32,000 bases of DNA, from positions 270,001 to 302,000 of the forward strand of contig NZ_JAGIOS010000003.1 of the NCBI RefSeq assembly GCF_017876815.1. Direction: 5' to 3'. The translations under genes and the position numbers were made by a program. Under the pieces are notes generated by a model. The model saw nothing but the letters and a program-made list of their open reading frames with translations, did not search any database and had not been told where the DNA came from. Shown here piece by piece: positions 17,256-25,051 of the stretch. Source of the stretch: Sinorhizobium meliloti (lineage in GTDB: Bacteria > Pseudomonadota > Alphaproteobacteria > Rhizobiales > Rhizobiaceae). Within the stretch, counting starts at the first letter, position 1; each line of letters begins with the position of its first letter.

Positions 17256-17768
17256 TCACTGCTGGTTGTCTGGGGAGGGGGCGGAAAAGCCGTTGCGCGC
17301 GGCAATTTGAGAGGCCGTGGCGTTGAAGTGGTCAGCGTCGTCTCCGACGAGCAGAACCGGGTCGCAGCGCCTCGCGCATGTGAAGGTCGCCCGCCGCGCG
17401 CCCTGATGAACCGTGACCAGACGGCCGCTGCTCGCAACGACATCCAGAACGAGGTTCGCCACTTCGGCGCCGTCGCTGTCGATCACGATCAGGTTCGTAG
17501 AGCCGGGTGTCTTGCCGGTGAGGATCACGGTCCTGTCGTCGCTCAGGCTTGCTTGTGCTATTCCCGTGTTGCCGATGATGACTGTGCTCGCCGGCCGAGG
17601 AAGCGCAACGGTCTTGGCAAAGTCGACGACAAGCCGCTCCACCCCTTCGGCTCCTGTGCTCCTTTGCTGAACCGGAATAGTAGCCGTTTTTTGCTCGTCC
17701 GCTGCTGCGGGCCTGACCAGAGCTGATATCGCCAGCAACAAGACGGCCCCTTTTGAGCTCCTGGACAT
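17256..17768 (-). CDS. Pilus-formation N-terminal-domain protein (the domain found at the N-terminus of CpaC/RcpA secretins, but with no secretin core)
   Basis: AGGAG lies 7 nt upstream of the ATG. It has a signal peptide (MSRSSKGAVLLLAISALVRPAAA). The domain pattern is LVVDFAKTVALPRPASTVIIGNTGIAQASLSDDRTVILTGKTPGSTNLIVIDSDGAEVANLVLDV, followed by a short C-terminus with two Cys (FTCARRCDP). It is only 170 aa. Confidence 0.7.
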   Translation of the reverse strand: MSRSSKGAVLLLAISALVRPAAADEQKTATIPVQQRSTGAEGVERLVVDFAKTVALPRPASTVIIGNTGIAQASLSDDRTVILTGKTPGSTNLIVIDSDGAEVANLVLDVVASSGRLVTVHQGARRATFTCARRCDPVLLVGDDADHFNATASQIAARNGFSAPSPDNQQ

Positions 17769-17880
17769 GGGAAAACTCCTGCATTGATGACAGTCGAGGT
17801 CAACGGCTGGACGTCTCTTGCGTTCCGGCCAGCTACAAAGAAGTTGCCGCTCCGCTTGCGGACATGGCGGCGTGTCGCCC

Positions 17881-19176
17881 TCACTCGATCAGCGACACGG
17901 TCCGACCGACCAGGATCTCCTCCGTCGGCGAGGCGCAGGTCTCCATTGTCGAATTGCCCGTGAAAGTGACCTGATCAGCAATGATCTGCGTACACCCTCC
18001 GGAAACGGTCGAGTTTCCGGTGAAGTCGATTTTGCCCGTCGGCGCGTAGAGGTTTCCAACCAGGGTCGACTCGGAATTGCCTGTTATCTTATGGAGTACG
18101 CCGGCACTTTGGCGACTGGAGAAAAACAGCAGGCCAGCAAAGGGTCCGCTGGTCGGAGCGGACAGATCGATGTCGGCGTTGCCCAGCAGATTGGCGGCCG
18201 CCGAATTGGTGAAGAAAAAGGTAACGCCTTCGCCGGTGAGTTTTGCCCCGGCCGTTATCGTCAGTTCGCCGCCGTCTATGATATAGAGGCCAGGCTTTAG
18301 CGTGATCGTTCCCTTGATGTCCACTCCGCCGCAGAAACGGATTGCCTCGACTCCGCTTGCAAGCCGGTCGAAGACATAGGTGGAGTTCGAGACATAGGTC
18401 AGATCTCGGCAAGGAAGCTGCTGAATGTGCAGTTTGTCGGGCTCGGCGACGGATGCAAAAGGATCCGGCGTCGGCGGAACCTGCTGGACGGGTTTGCTGC
18501 AACCGGTAAGCGTGAGGCCCGTCGTCGTTACGGCTTCGCCGACGGTATACACGCAATCGGTCGACATTAGCGCGCTGCCGTTCTTCATCAGAAAGGCGTC
18601 GGCGGCATTAGAATTGGAAACCACGCTGCAGCCGGACAATAGGACTTCCGTTGAGCCGGTTACGGTGACGGCGCCCGAAGCGGAGTTCGACAGCGCAAGC
18701 ACGCAAGCCTTGGAGCCGCCAGTGACCTGAGCGACCGCGCGTGCCTTCATGGTGATGGTCCCAGTGCCGAACACGGAAGAAAACATGCGTGGATGTGTCT
18801 CGGTCAACTCGACCGTCACCTTGTTCGATCCACCGGCAGAGCCCGGGGCCGTGGACACGGTGAGGTCCCCAGGCGAAAACCCGGAGCCACCTGCTACCCT
18901 GCGCGCGGCGGTCTCGAGTGCGGATTGTTGATCACCTGCGCGATGGCGCACGGCTGCGGCATAGGCCGATACGTCCGCCGCATGCTGCAGTTTACGCTTT
19001 TCCAGATACCAGTACCCCGTCTCGACCCCCAAACCCATCGCACCGACGAGCACGGGAAAAGCGACGGCAGCGATGACGGCGACGGCGCCGTCTTCGGCAG
19101 TGAGAAATCGGCGTGCGAGCCTTTGTCGCCGAGGCGAACGGCTCGCTTCACCGATTGCGTCAATTCTCTTGCTCAT
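17881..19176 (-). CDS. TadG-like (TadE/G N-terminal domain) pilus-associated protein, without vWA domain
   Basis: Internal ATG 19176 of ORF 17881..19224. The N-terminus RFLTAEDGAVAVIAAVAFPVLVGAMGLGVETGYWYLEKRKLQHAADVSAYAAA matches the Tad N-terminal pseudopilin-like pattern. The C-terminus carries repeated xTGNSx motifs (KITGNSES, DFTGNSTV, TFTGNSTM), and there are 8 Cys in total. Confidence 0.75.
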   Translation of the reverse strand: MSKRIDAIGEASRSPRRQRLARRFLTAEDGAVAVIAAVAFPVLVGAMGLGVETGYWYLEKRKLQHAADVSAYAAAVRHRAGDQQSALETAARRVAGGSGFSPGDLTVSTAPGSAGGSNKVTVELTETHPRMFSSVFGTGTITMKARAVAQVTGGSKACVLALSNSASGAVTVTGSTEVLLSGCSVVSNSNAADAFLMKNGSALMSTDCVYTVGEAVTTTGLTLTGCSKPVQQVPPTPDPFASVAEPDKLHIQQLPCRDLTYVSNSTYVFDRLASGVEAIRFCGGVDIKGTITLKPGLYIIDGGELTITAGAKLTGEGVTFFFTNSAAANLLGNADIDLSAPTSGPFAGLLFFSSRQSAGVLHKITGNSESTLVGNLYAPTGKIDFTGNSTVSGGCTQIIADQVTFTGNSTMETCASPTEEILVGRTVSLIE

Positions 19177-19435
19177 CCAGGTTTCCCGAAGTCGAAGGCA
19201 TATCGTTACTCGGAACCGCTGCATTCTTTGGGTGAGATGCAGTAGGGCGTTCCAGTGGGACGATATATCCCGCCTGCCGCCTGCCGACGATTCGGCCAGT
19301 CGGCCTAGTCCGGGCCGCAGCCCTTCGCGTGGCGTGCTTAGTCCATCAGGTCGAATGGATATTCCTTAGCGCAGTGGGCACATTCCGGACATTCCAACCG
19401 GCCCCGCATCGGCCCTTGTGCATGAGGCATCGACG
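19177..19435. promoter_or_regulatory. Divergent promoter region of the two tad operons, with short direct repeats
   Basis: 259 bp lie between divergent start codons. The direct repeat A(C/T)ATTCC occurs at 19359-65, 19380-86 and 19389-95. There is a tandem CGCCTGC x2 at 19271-84 and an inverted repeat CTGCAT-N12-ATGCAG at about 19220-19243. Confidence 0.4.
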
Positions 19436-19948
19436 ATGATCTCGACATCCGCAGCTTGGTTCGCTTTCCTGCTTTTCGCCGGAGCGATGACTTACGCCGG
19501 CATCAGGGACGTGGCGACGATGACCATATCCAACCGCCTGGTCGTCTTCCTGGTGATCGCCTTCGCCATTCTTGCGCCCGCTGCAGGTCTGAACCTCGCG
19601 ACGGTCATGTCGAGCGTTGTCGTTGCCTCCGCCGTGCTCGCTTGCACTTTCGTACTCTTTGCTGCCGGCTGGATCGGCGGCGGTGACGCAAAACTGCTGC
19701 CAGTTGCCGTGCTCTGGCTCGGCGCCGACCTTGCGCTCCCCTTCATCCTCTACACGTCGGTCATCGGCGCGGCCCTGACCGTTGGGCTTCTTCAGCTTCG
19801 ACGGGTACCTCTACCGCTCGCCCTGAAGAAAAACGCCTGGGCGAAGCGTCTTCTCGACCGCGAGACGGGCATTCCCTATGGCGCAGCTATGGCGCCGGCT
19901 GCCCTTCTGCTGCTTCCGGAAAGCCACTGGTGCTCCGTCCTCCTTTAA
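19436..19948 (+). CDS. cpaA: Prepilin peptidase, A24 family (CpaA/TadV type)
   Basis: The ATG at 19436 lies 8 nt after GAGG. The protein is polytopic and carries both catalytic Asp contexts (YAGIRDVATMTISN and GWIGGGDAKLLP). Confidence 0.85.
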   Translation: MISTSAAWFAFLLFAGAMTYAGIRDVATMTISNRLVVFLVIAFAILAPAAGLNLATVMSSVVVASAVLACTFVLFAAGWIGGGDAKLLPVAVLWLGADLALPFILYTSVIGAALTVGLLQLRRVPLPLALKKNAWAKRLLDRETGIPYGAAMAPAALLLLPESHWCSVLL

Positions 19949-19990
19949 ACCATCGCGTGGCGATCCGCCGCGCAAGACGAGGTTTGACCC

Positions 19991-20782
19991 ATGATCCGTA
20001 TCGTCATTCTCCTGCTCGCACTGGCATCCGGTGGGGCCGCCTCCTGGCTGGCGCTCGGCACCGGCGATCAGCGCGCGGTCGAGGTTGCAGAGGTTCAAGA
20101 AACGCCCTCGCAGGAGGTGCTCGTCGCAGCTGCAGAGCTCAAGCGCGGTGCAGTGATCGAAGAGAACCAGCTGCGTTGGCAGCCGTGGGAGGGCGAAATC
20201 CCCCCTGTCTTCATCAGCCGCAGCTCCCGACCCGATGCGACGACAGCGCTCAAGGGTTCGCTCGCCCTAAGCGGCTTCGTAGCGGGAGAACCCATTCGCG
20301 ACGACAAGCTTGCGCAGGGCGGCACGGGCTATCTGTCCAGCTTGCTGCCTTCGGGAAAGCGGGCGATTGCCGTTCGCGTCACGGCCGAGAGCACCGCCGG
20401 TGGCTTCATCCTGCCGAACGACCATGTCGACATTATTCACACCGTCGCCCGGCCTGACGCCTCCGGCGACGCCGGTAAGGTCGTCAGCCGGGCGATTTTA
20501 TCCAACATTCGCGTCCTCGCGGTCGATCAGACCGTTTCACAGGCATCCGATGGAGCCTCGGTGATCGGGAAGACCGCCACGCTCGAAGTAGATCCCGAAC
20601 AGATCTCAGCCGTCGCGGCGGCGGAAGCCTCCGGCACGGTTTCGCTCGCACTTCGTGCGATTACCGACAATCACGAAGCCTCGGTCGTGGAAGCAGAGGG
20701 AACCCGACCCGGCGTGGTGCGCTTTTTCAACGGCGGACGCATGTCGATGGTGGAAGTTCCCTCCCGTTCCGGCGGCAGCTGA
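19991..20782 (+). CDS. cpaB: Flp pilus assembly protein CpaB/RcpC (SAF domain)
   Basis: N-terminal TM anchor MIRIVILLLALASGGAASWLAL. SAF-like segment VLVAAAELKRGAVIEENQLRWQPW, followed by LLPSGKRAIAVRVTAESTAGGFILPNDHVDIIHT...NIRVLAVDQ. Confidence 0.85.
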   Translation: MIRIVILLLALASGGAASWLALGTGDQRAVEVAEVQETPSQEVLVAAAELKRGAVIEENQLRWQPWEGEIPPVFISRSSRPDATTALKGSLALSGFVAGEPIRDDKLAQGGTGYLSSLLPSGKRAIAVRVTAESTAGGFILPNDHVDIIHTVARPDASGDAGKVVSRAILSNIRVLAVDQTVSQASDGASVIGKTATLEVDPEQISAVAAAEASGTVSLALRAITDNHEASVVEAEGTRPGVVRFFNGGRMSMVEVPSRSGGS

Positions 20783-20788
20783 TCCTTT

Positions 20789-22549
20789 ATGGAAATTCCG
20801 AACATGAAACAGCTCGATAGCGAAACCAGGGAAGCACCGCAGCCGATGACCGCTGCACCGCTGTTGCCCATACCGAAGGTGGACATCGCCGTCTTCTGCC
20901 AGTCGGAAGAGGTGAGAGAGGCCGCCGGCACGGCGGCGATCGATCGTCGCATGGCGCGCGCCACCGTAACGGTGAAGGCCGGAGGAATGAAAGAGGCGAC
21001 TGCGCTTTATGGCGGCGTAACATCGCCGAACCTCGTCGTCGTAGAGAGCGACGATGGCGAGGCCCGTCTGATGGCCACCTTGGAAACGCTCGCAATGGAG
21101 TGTGTCACGGGGACCAAGGTCATCGTCATCGGCCGCTCCAACGATGTGGGTCTCTACAAGAAGCTTCTGGACGCCGGTGTAAGCGACTATCTCGTCAAGC
21201 CGCTCGAGCCGATGGACTTCGTCGCGGCGGTGCACCGCTGCTTCCGCGACTCTACCGAGGAAAAGCTGGGGCGCATCGTCGCATTCGTCGGTGCCAAGGG
21301 AGGAACCGGCTCCTCCACGCTCGCGCACAACGTGGCATACGCCATGTCCAAGCGGGTGGATGCCGATGTTCTTCTGGCGGATCTTGATCTTCAGTCCGGT
21401 ACGCTCGGACTGAACTTCGACATCGAGGCGAAACACGGCATGGTGGATGTGCTCCAGAGCCCCGATCGTCTCGACGACGTGCTGCTGCGACGCCTGGCGG
21501 TCAGCTACACGGACCGCCTGCACCTGCTTCCGGCGACCACGGATCTCGACAAGTTCATTAATCTTCGGGAGGGCGATGTCGATCATCTCCTCGACGTCGC
21601 TCGTTCGAGCTCGTGGCATGTCGTCGTCGATCTGCCGCACATTCTGACGCAGTGGACGAGGAAGATCCTGCTAGAGGCGGACGAAATCGTCGTGACGGCG
21701 ACGCCCGACCTGGCCGGCATGCGCAATGCCAAGAACCTGATCGATTTCCTGAAGAAGGCGCGGCCGAACGATCCGCCGCCGCGGCTTGTGCTGAACAAGG
21801 TTGGCACCCCGAAACTTCAGGAGATCAAGCCGAAGGATTTCGTGGCGGCTGTCGGCCTGGAAGAGAGTGTCTCTCTGGCATTCGAGCCGTCCTTGTTCGG
21901 CGCGGCGGCCAATCATGGCCGGCTGGTCATCGAGTCGGCACCGGATTCGAAGGCGGGAAAAGCCATAGTTTCGCTCGCCTGGCGGGTTGGCGGGACGCGG
22001 GAGAGACGGACGCGGCAGAAAGGGGTCAAAGCTTTGCTGCAGAAGGTCTTCAAACGCGGCAAGCCGAAGGCTCCGTCCACGTTGCGCAAGAAGGCCGGGG
22101 AATTGAAGACGTCCGAGGCCGGTGCTTCGGCGGTCGAATTCGCGCTGGTCGCGCCGGTCCTCGCTCTCGGTCTCGTGGCTACGGCCGATCTCGGTCTTGC
22201 GATCCATGAGCGCATGACGATCGACCATGTCCTGCGCGCCGGTGCGCAGGCCGCTCTGGCCGATCCCGGCGCGGCGCAGGTCCAAAAGGTGCTCGTTTCC
22301 ACCTTGGCCCAGAGCCCGCGTCTGGCGAGTGCCACGCTGCCGGCAGTGAAGCGCTACTGCGCCTGCCCGGAAAATGCCGATGTCGCACCTGAAGCCGCGC
22401 CGCAATGCGGAACGGTGACCTGCGCGAACGCGAAACCGCAATTCGTGTATTATCGGCTCGCGGCTGCAAAGTCCTATCGGCCCATGTCCCTGCCGGCGGT
22501 ACTTCCCGTGTTCGAGCTCGGGTCCTCCATGCAGGTGCAAGTCCAATGA
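20789..22549 (+). CDS. cpaE: CpaE/TadZ (atypical receiver domain plus MinD/ParA-type ATPase-like domain) fused in frame to a C-terminal TadE-type pseudopilin domain
   Basis: Uninterrupted 586-codon ORF. Receiver-like N-terminus: LVVVESDD...VIVIGRSNDVGLYKKLLDAGVSDYLVKP. Deviant Walker A: VAFVGAKGGTGSSTLAHNVA. A K/R-rich linker follows, then from about 22115 SEAG/ASAVEFALVAPVLALGLV and a TadE-like body. The alternative start at 20804 is not excluded. The stop overlaps the next start (ATGA at 22546-22549). Confidence 0.8.
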   Translation: MEIPNMKQLDSETREAPQPMTAAPLLPIPKVDIAVFCQSEEVREAAGTAAIDRRMARATVTVKAGGMKEATALYGGVTSPNLVVVESDDGEARLMATLETLAMECVTGTKVIVIGRSNDVGLYKKLLDAGVSDYLVKPLEPMDFVAAVHRCFRDSTEEKLGRIVAFVGAKGGTGSSTLAHNVAYAMSKRVDADVLLADLDLQSGTLGLNFDIEAKHGMVDVLQSPDRLDDVLLRRLAVSYTDRLHLLPATTDLDKFINLREGDVDHLLDVARSSSWHVVVDLPHILTQWTRKILLEADEIVVTATPDLAGMRNAKNLIDFLKKARPNDPPPRLVLNKVGTPKLQEIKPKDFVAAVGLEESVSLAFEPSLFGAAANHGRLVIESAPDSKAGKAIVSLAWRVGGTRERRTRQKGVKALLQKVFKRGKPKAPSTLRKKAGELKTSEAGASAVEFALVAPVLALGLVATADLGLAIHERMTIDHVLRAGAQAALADPGAAQVQKVLVSTLAQSPRLASATLPAVKRYCACPENADVAPEAAPQCGTVTCANAKPQFVYYRLAAAKSYRPMSLPAVLPVFELGSSMQVQVQ

Positions 22550-22971
22550 GGGCTCCGCCCGCCATCCTCCGCCGTCTGTTTCGGAGTCAGTCAGGCGCTA
22601 CGGCGGTGGAATTCGCGCTCGTCTGCCTGCCTTTGCTGCTGCTCGTCTTCGGCATCATCGAGTTCGGCCGCGCCTTTTACGTGCGCAATGAACTCTCGCA
22701 CGCCGTCGACGTTGCCGCTCGGCGGGTGCTGATCGGGCAGATCGCGCGTGATGCGACCGACAGCGAAGCACTGACCAAGCTGGCTGGCGCGGTGCGCGAG
22801 AGCTTTCACAGCGGCGATCCGACGCTGCTCACTATCGCTGTCACCAAGGAAACCGTGGACGGCATAGCCTTCCGCGTGCTCTCGATCCGCTATCCCTTCA
22901 CCTTCGTCGTCCCCGGTCTCGCCCAAAGCCCCGTCAGCCTCAATCTGTCGCGGCGCATCCCGATCGGGTGA
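22546..22971 (+). CDS. TadE-like pseudopilin (Flp pilus assembly, TadE/TadF family)
   Basis: Internal ATG 22546 of ORF 22405..22971, coupled to the upstream stop by ATGA. N-terminus: MRAPPAILRRLFRSQSG/ATAVEFALVCLPLLLLVFGIIEFGRAFY. Confidence 0.8.
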   Translation: MRAPPAILRRLFRSQSGATAVEFALVCLPLLLLVFGIIEFGRAFYVRNELSHAVDVAARRVLIGQIARDATDSEALTKLAGAVRESFHSGDPTLLTIAVTKETVDGIAFRVLSIRYPFTFVVPGLAQSPVSLNLSRRIPIG

Positions 22972-23315
22972 TTGAGCTTCCAGCCAAGGCCGGCGAATTT
23001 CAACTGGCGTGTTTGCAACGATCTGTTGGCGGCGATGACGGTTATCTGGAGCGGGGCGCAGTGTCTCGGACGATCCATGCGTCGCGGCGCATCGCAACTT
23101 CAAGGTGTCGCAAATTGCGGTTCTGGCGATCGGACTAGACCAACCGGACGAGCCACTTGCACGGCCGGATCGGCCATCAGGCTGAATGGATCAGGAGGGT
23201 TAACAAAGTCTATATAAGGGCCACACAGCAAGCGGGACACGAGGCAGAACCCGGCCCGGCCCTGTGACGCCGAACCTGGTTTCGGCACTTTCTCCAACCC
23301 ATGAAGGACCGAACC

Positions 23316-23486
23316 ATGAAAAATCTTCTCGCCCGTTTTGCTCGCAATGAGTCCGGCGCAACCGCCATCGAATACGGCCTGATCGCTGGTCTGATCTCTG
23401 TCGTGCTCATCACCGTTATGGGGACCATAGGCACGGGGTTGACCACCAGATTCACCGCTATCGGCACGGCGCTCACAGGCGGCTGA
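23316..23486 (+). CDS. flp: Flp/Fap family type IVb pilin (56-aa prepilin)
   Basis: The ATG at 23316 lies 7 nt after AAGGA. MKNLLARFARNESG/ATAIEYGLIAGLISVVLITVMGTIG has the canonical Flp motif with the predicted cleavage after Gly14. Confidence 0.9.
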   Translation: MKNLLARFARNESGATAIEYGLIAGLISVVLITVMGTIGTGLTTRFTAIGTALTGG

Positions 23487-23515
23487 CGCTCTCGACAACG
23501 CGCGCCGGTTGCCAA

Positions 23516-23546
23516 GCGAAGCGGAAGGCATGCCTTCCGCTTTCGC
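23516..23546 (+). terminator. Strong hairpin immediately after the pilin gene (partial terminator, attenuator or mRNA-stabilising stem)
   Basis: AAGCGGAAGGCA(23519-30)/TGCCTTCCGCTT(23531-42) is a perfect 24-nt palindrome, extendable by GCG/CGC with one bulged T. It is followed by TCGCATTC, with no long U-tract. It sits 30 nt after the flp stop and 47 nt before the cpaF start. Confidence 0.5.
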
Positions 23547-23592
23547 ATTCAACGAACTCAAACTTCTCAATCTCGGGAACAGAGCGACAACG

Positions 23593-25023
23593 ATGTTCGG
23601 CAAGAAATCCATTTCGGAAGAACGGACAGCCGAAGCAGCGGTCCAGCCCGTCGTCGAAAACGAACTTCAGGCCGCGCACGCCCCTGTCCAAGTTCGGAAG
23701 CCACCCCAGGTTCCGGCAACTGCGAAACCCGAGAACGCCGAACAATATTACAGCTTGAAGAAGGAAATCTTCAGCGCCCTCATCGCGACGATCGACGTTG
23801 CAGCACTCTCCAATATGGATGGCGAGCAGGCGCGCAACGAAATCGGCGCGATTATAAACGACATCGTCGCGGCCAAGAAGGCCGGCATTTCGATGGCCGA
23901 GCAGAACGACCTTCTCAGCGACATTTGCAACGACATCTTGGGTTACGGCCCGCTCGAGCCCCTGCTCGCACGCGACGATATCGCCGACATCATGGTCAAT
24001 GGCGCAAACCAGGTCTTCATCGAAGTCAACGGCAGGGTGCAGGAGACGGGAATCCGCTTTCGCGACAACGAGCAGCTACTCAATATCTGCCAGCGCATCG
24101 TCAGCCAGGTTGGCCGGCGCGTCGACGAATCGAGCCCTATCTGCGACGCGCGTCTGGGCGACGGTTCCCGTGTCAACGTGATTGCGCCTCCGCTGGCAAT
24201 CGACGGCCCCACGCTGACGATCCGCAAGTTCAAGAAGGAAAAGCTGACCCTCGACCAGTTGGTCCGGTTCGGCTCGATCTCGCCGGAGGGCGCCGAGGTT
24301 CTCAAGATCATCGGACGTGTGCGCTGCAACGTCCTCATTTCCGGCGGTACCGGCTCCGGCAAGACAACGCTTCTGAACTGCCTGACCGGCTATATCGACC
24401 ACGGCGAACGCGTCATCACCTGCGAGGATGCGGCAGAGCTTCAACTGCAGCAACCGCATGTGGTGCGCCTCGAAACGCGGCCGCCGAACATCGAGGGGCA
24501 GGGCGAGATCACCATGCGCAACCTCGTGAAGAACTGCCTGCGCATGAGGCCCGAGCGGATCATCGTCGGCGAGGTGCGCGGGCCCGAGGCCTTCGACCTG
24601 CTGCAGGCGATGAACACGGGCCACGACGGCTCGATGGGAACGCTCCACGCCAACTCCCCGCGCGAAGCGATGGCACGCATCGAGGCGATGATCACCATGG
24701 GCGGGAGCTCGCTGCCGGCCAAGACGATCCGGGAGATGCTCGTCTCGTCAGTCGACGTGATCGTGCAGGCAGCGCGACTTCGCGATGGTTCGCGCCGGAT
24801 CACCCACATCACCGAAGTGCTCGGCATGGAAGGCGAGGTGGTCACGACGCAGGATCTCTTCGTCTACGACATTCTCGGCGAAGACGAGAAGGGAAACATC
24901 ATCGGAAGACACCGGTCGACCGGGATAGGTCGGCCGGCATTCTGGGATCGCGCACGCTATTACGGCGAAGAGGCCCGGCTTGCCGCCGCCCTCGACGCGG
25001 CGGAATTGAAGGCCGCCGCCTGA
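23593..25023 (+). CDS. cpaF: CpaF/TadA secretion ATPase (VirB11/GspE superfamily)
   Basis: Internal ATG 23593 (MFGKKS). The longer track ORF would run through the hairpin. Supporting motifs: [22 protein letters not shown], Walker [15 protein letters not shown], Asp box [12 protein letters not shown], Walker [13 protein letters not shown], His box [13 protein letters not shown]. Confidence 0.92.
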   Translation: MFGKKSISEERTAEAAVQPVVENELQAAHAPVQVRKPPQVPATAKPENAEQYYSLKKEIFSALIATIDVAALSNMDGEQARNEIGAIINDIVAAKKAGISMAEQNDLLSDICNDILGYGPLEPLLARDDIADIMVNGANQVFIEVNGRVQETGIRFRDNEQLLNICQRIVSQVGRRVDESSPICDARLGDGSRVNVIAPPLAIDGPTLTIRKFKKEKLTLDQLVRFGSISPEGAEVLKIIGRVRCNVLISGGTGSGKTTLLNCLTGYIDHGERVITCEDAAELQLQQPHVVRLETRPPNIEGQGEITMRNLVKNCLRMRPERIIVGEVRGPEAFDLLQAMNTGHDGSMGTLHANSPREAMARIEAMITMGGSSLPAKTIREMLVSSVDVIVQAARLRDGSRRITHITEVLGMEGEVVTTQDLFVYDILGEDEKGNIIGRHRSTGIGRPAFWDRARYYGEEARLAAALDAAELKAAA

Positions 25024-25051
25024 CGACACGCTGACACAGGGGCCAATACAG

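Noticed and set aside
20606-22546. Minus-strand ORFs 20606-21640 (344 aa) and 21671-22546 (291 aa)
   Set aside because: They are antisense to the cpaE::tadE gene, with no motifs and arginine-rich composition.
23925-25034. 369-aa plus-strand ORF inside cpaF
   Set aside because: It is an alternate frame of cpaF with an extremely Arg/Gly/Pro-rich product. The cpaF frame carries the Walker A/B, Asp and His boxes.
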